Below are positions 63,952 to 64,000 of a stretch of DNA of 64,000 bases, in pieces. Each line of letters opens with the position of its first letter. Positions within the stretch are counted from its first letter, which is position 1. The stretch comes from Camelus ferus (lineage: Eukaryota), in NCBI RefSeq assembly GCF_009834535.1, contig NC_045696.1:88352001-88416000 (forward strand), in the 5' to 3' direction. The notes beneath the pieces were generated by a model that worked only from the letters and a program-made list of their open reading frames with translations, made no database searches and was not told where the DNA came from. The position numbers and the translations under genes were made by a program.

Positions 63952-64000
63952 GGGGTTGCAGGGTATAGCACAGTGGTTGAGCACACACTTGGTGTGCATG
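63952..64000 (+). mobile_element. tRNA-derived SINE 5' part (cut by window edge)
   Basis: gggtatagcacagtggttgagcacacactt. Confidence 0.65.

Overview
Mammalian genomic DNA, probably a camelid given four copies of a tRNA-Ala-derived SINE. The only protein-coding gene I can support is a complete NMD3 (60S ribosomal export adaptor) on the minus strand. It has a non-coding exon 1 in a CpG island (~56870-57530) and 15 coding exons from ATG 56626 to TAA 28334; all introns are GT-AG and the exons join into a 1512-nt, 503-aa ORF. About 2.3 kb upstream, co-oriented, lies a full-length processed RPSA pseudogene (59564-61547) whose 5'UTR is split by a later L1 insertion. The rest is intronic or intergenic DNA dominated by nested L1s, a Tigger1 derivative, LTR/MaLR, L2, MIR and MER relics. 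The most unusual signal is that the RPSA retrocopy has been mutated almost unidirectionally from A/T to G/C and has become CpG-rich, as expected of a strong GC-biased gene conversion tract. I see no support for a novel gene system. Comparisons to human NMD3/RPSA and repeat consensus sequences are from memory, not alignments, and old-repeat boundaries are approximate.
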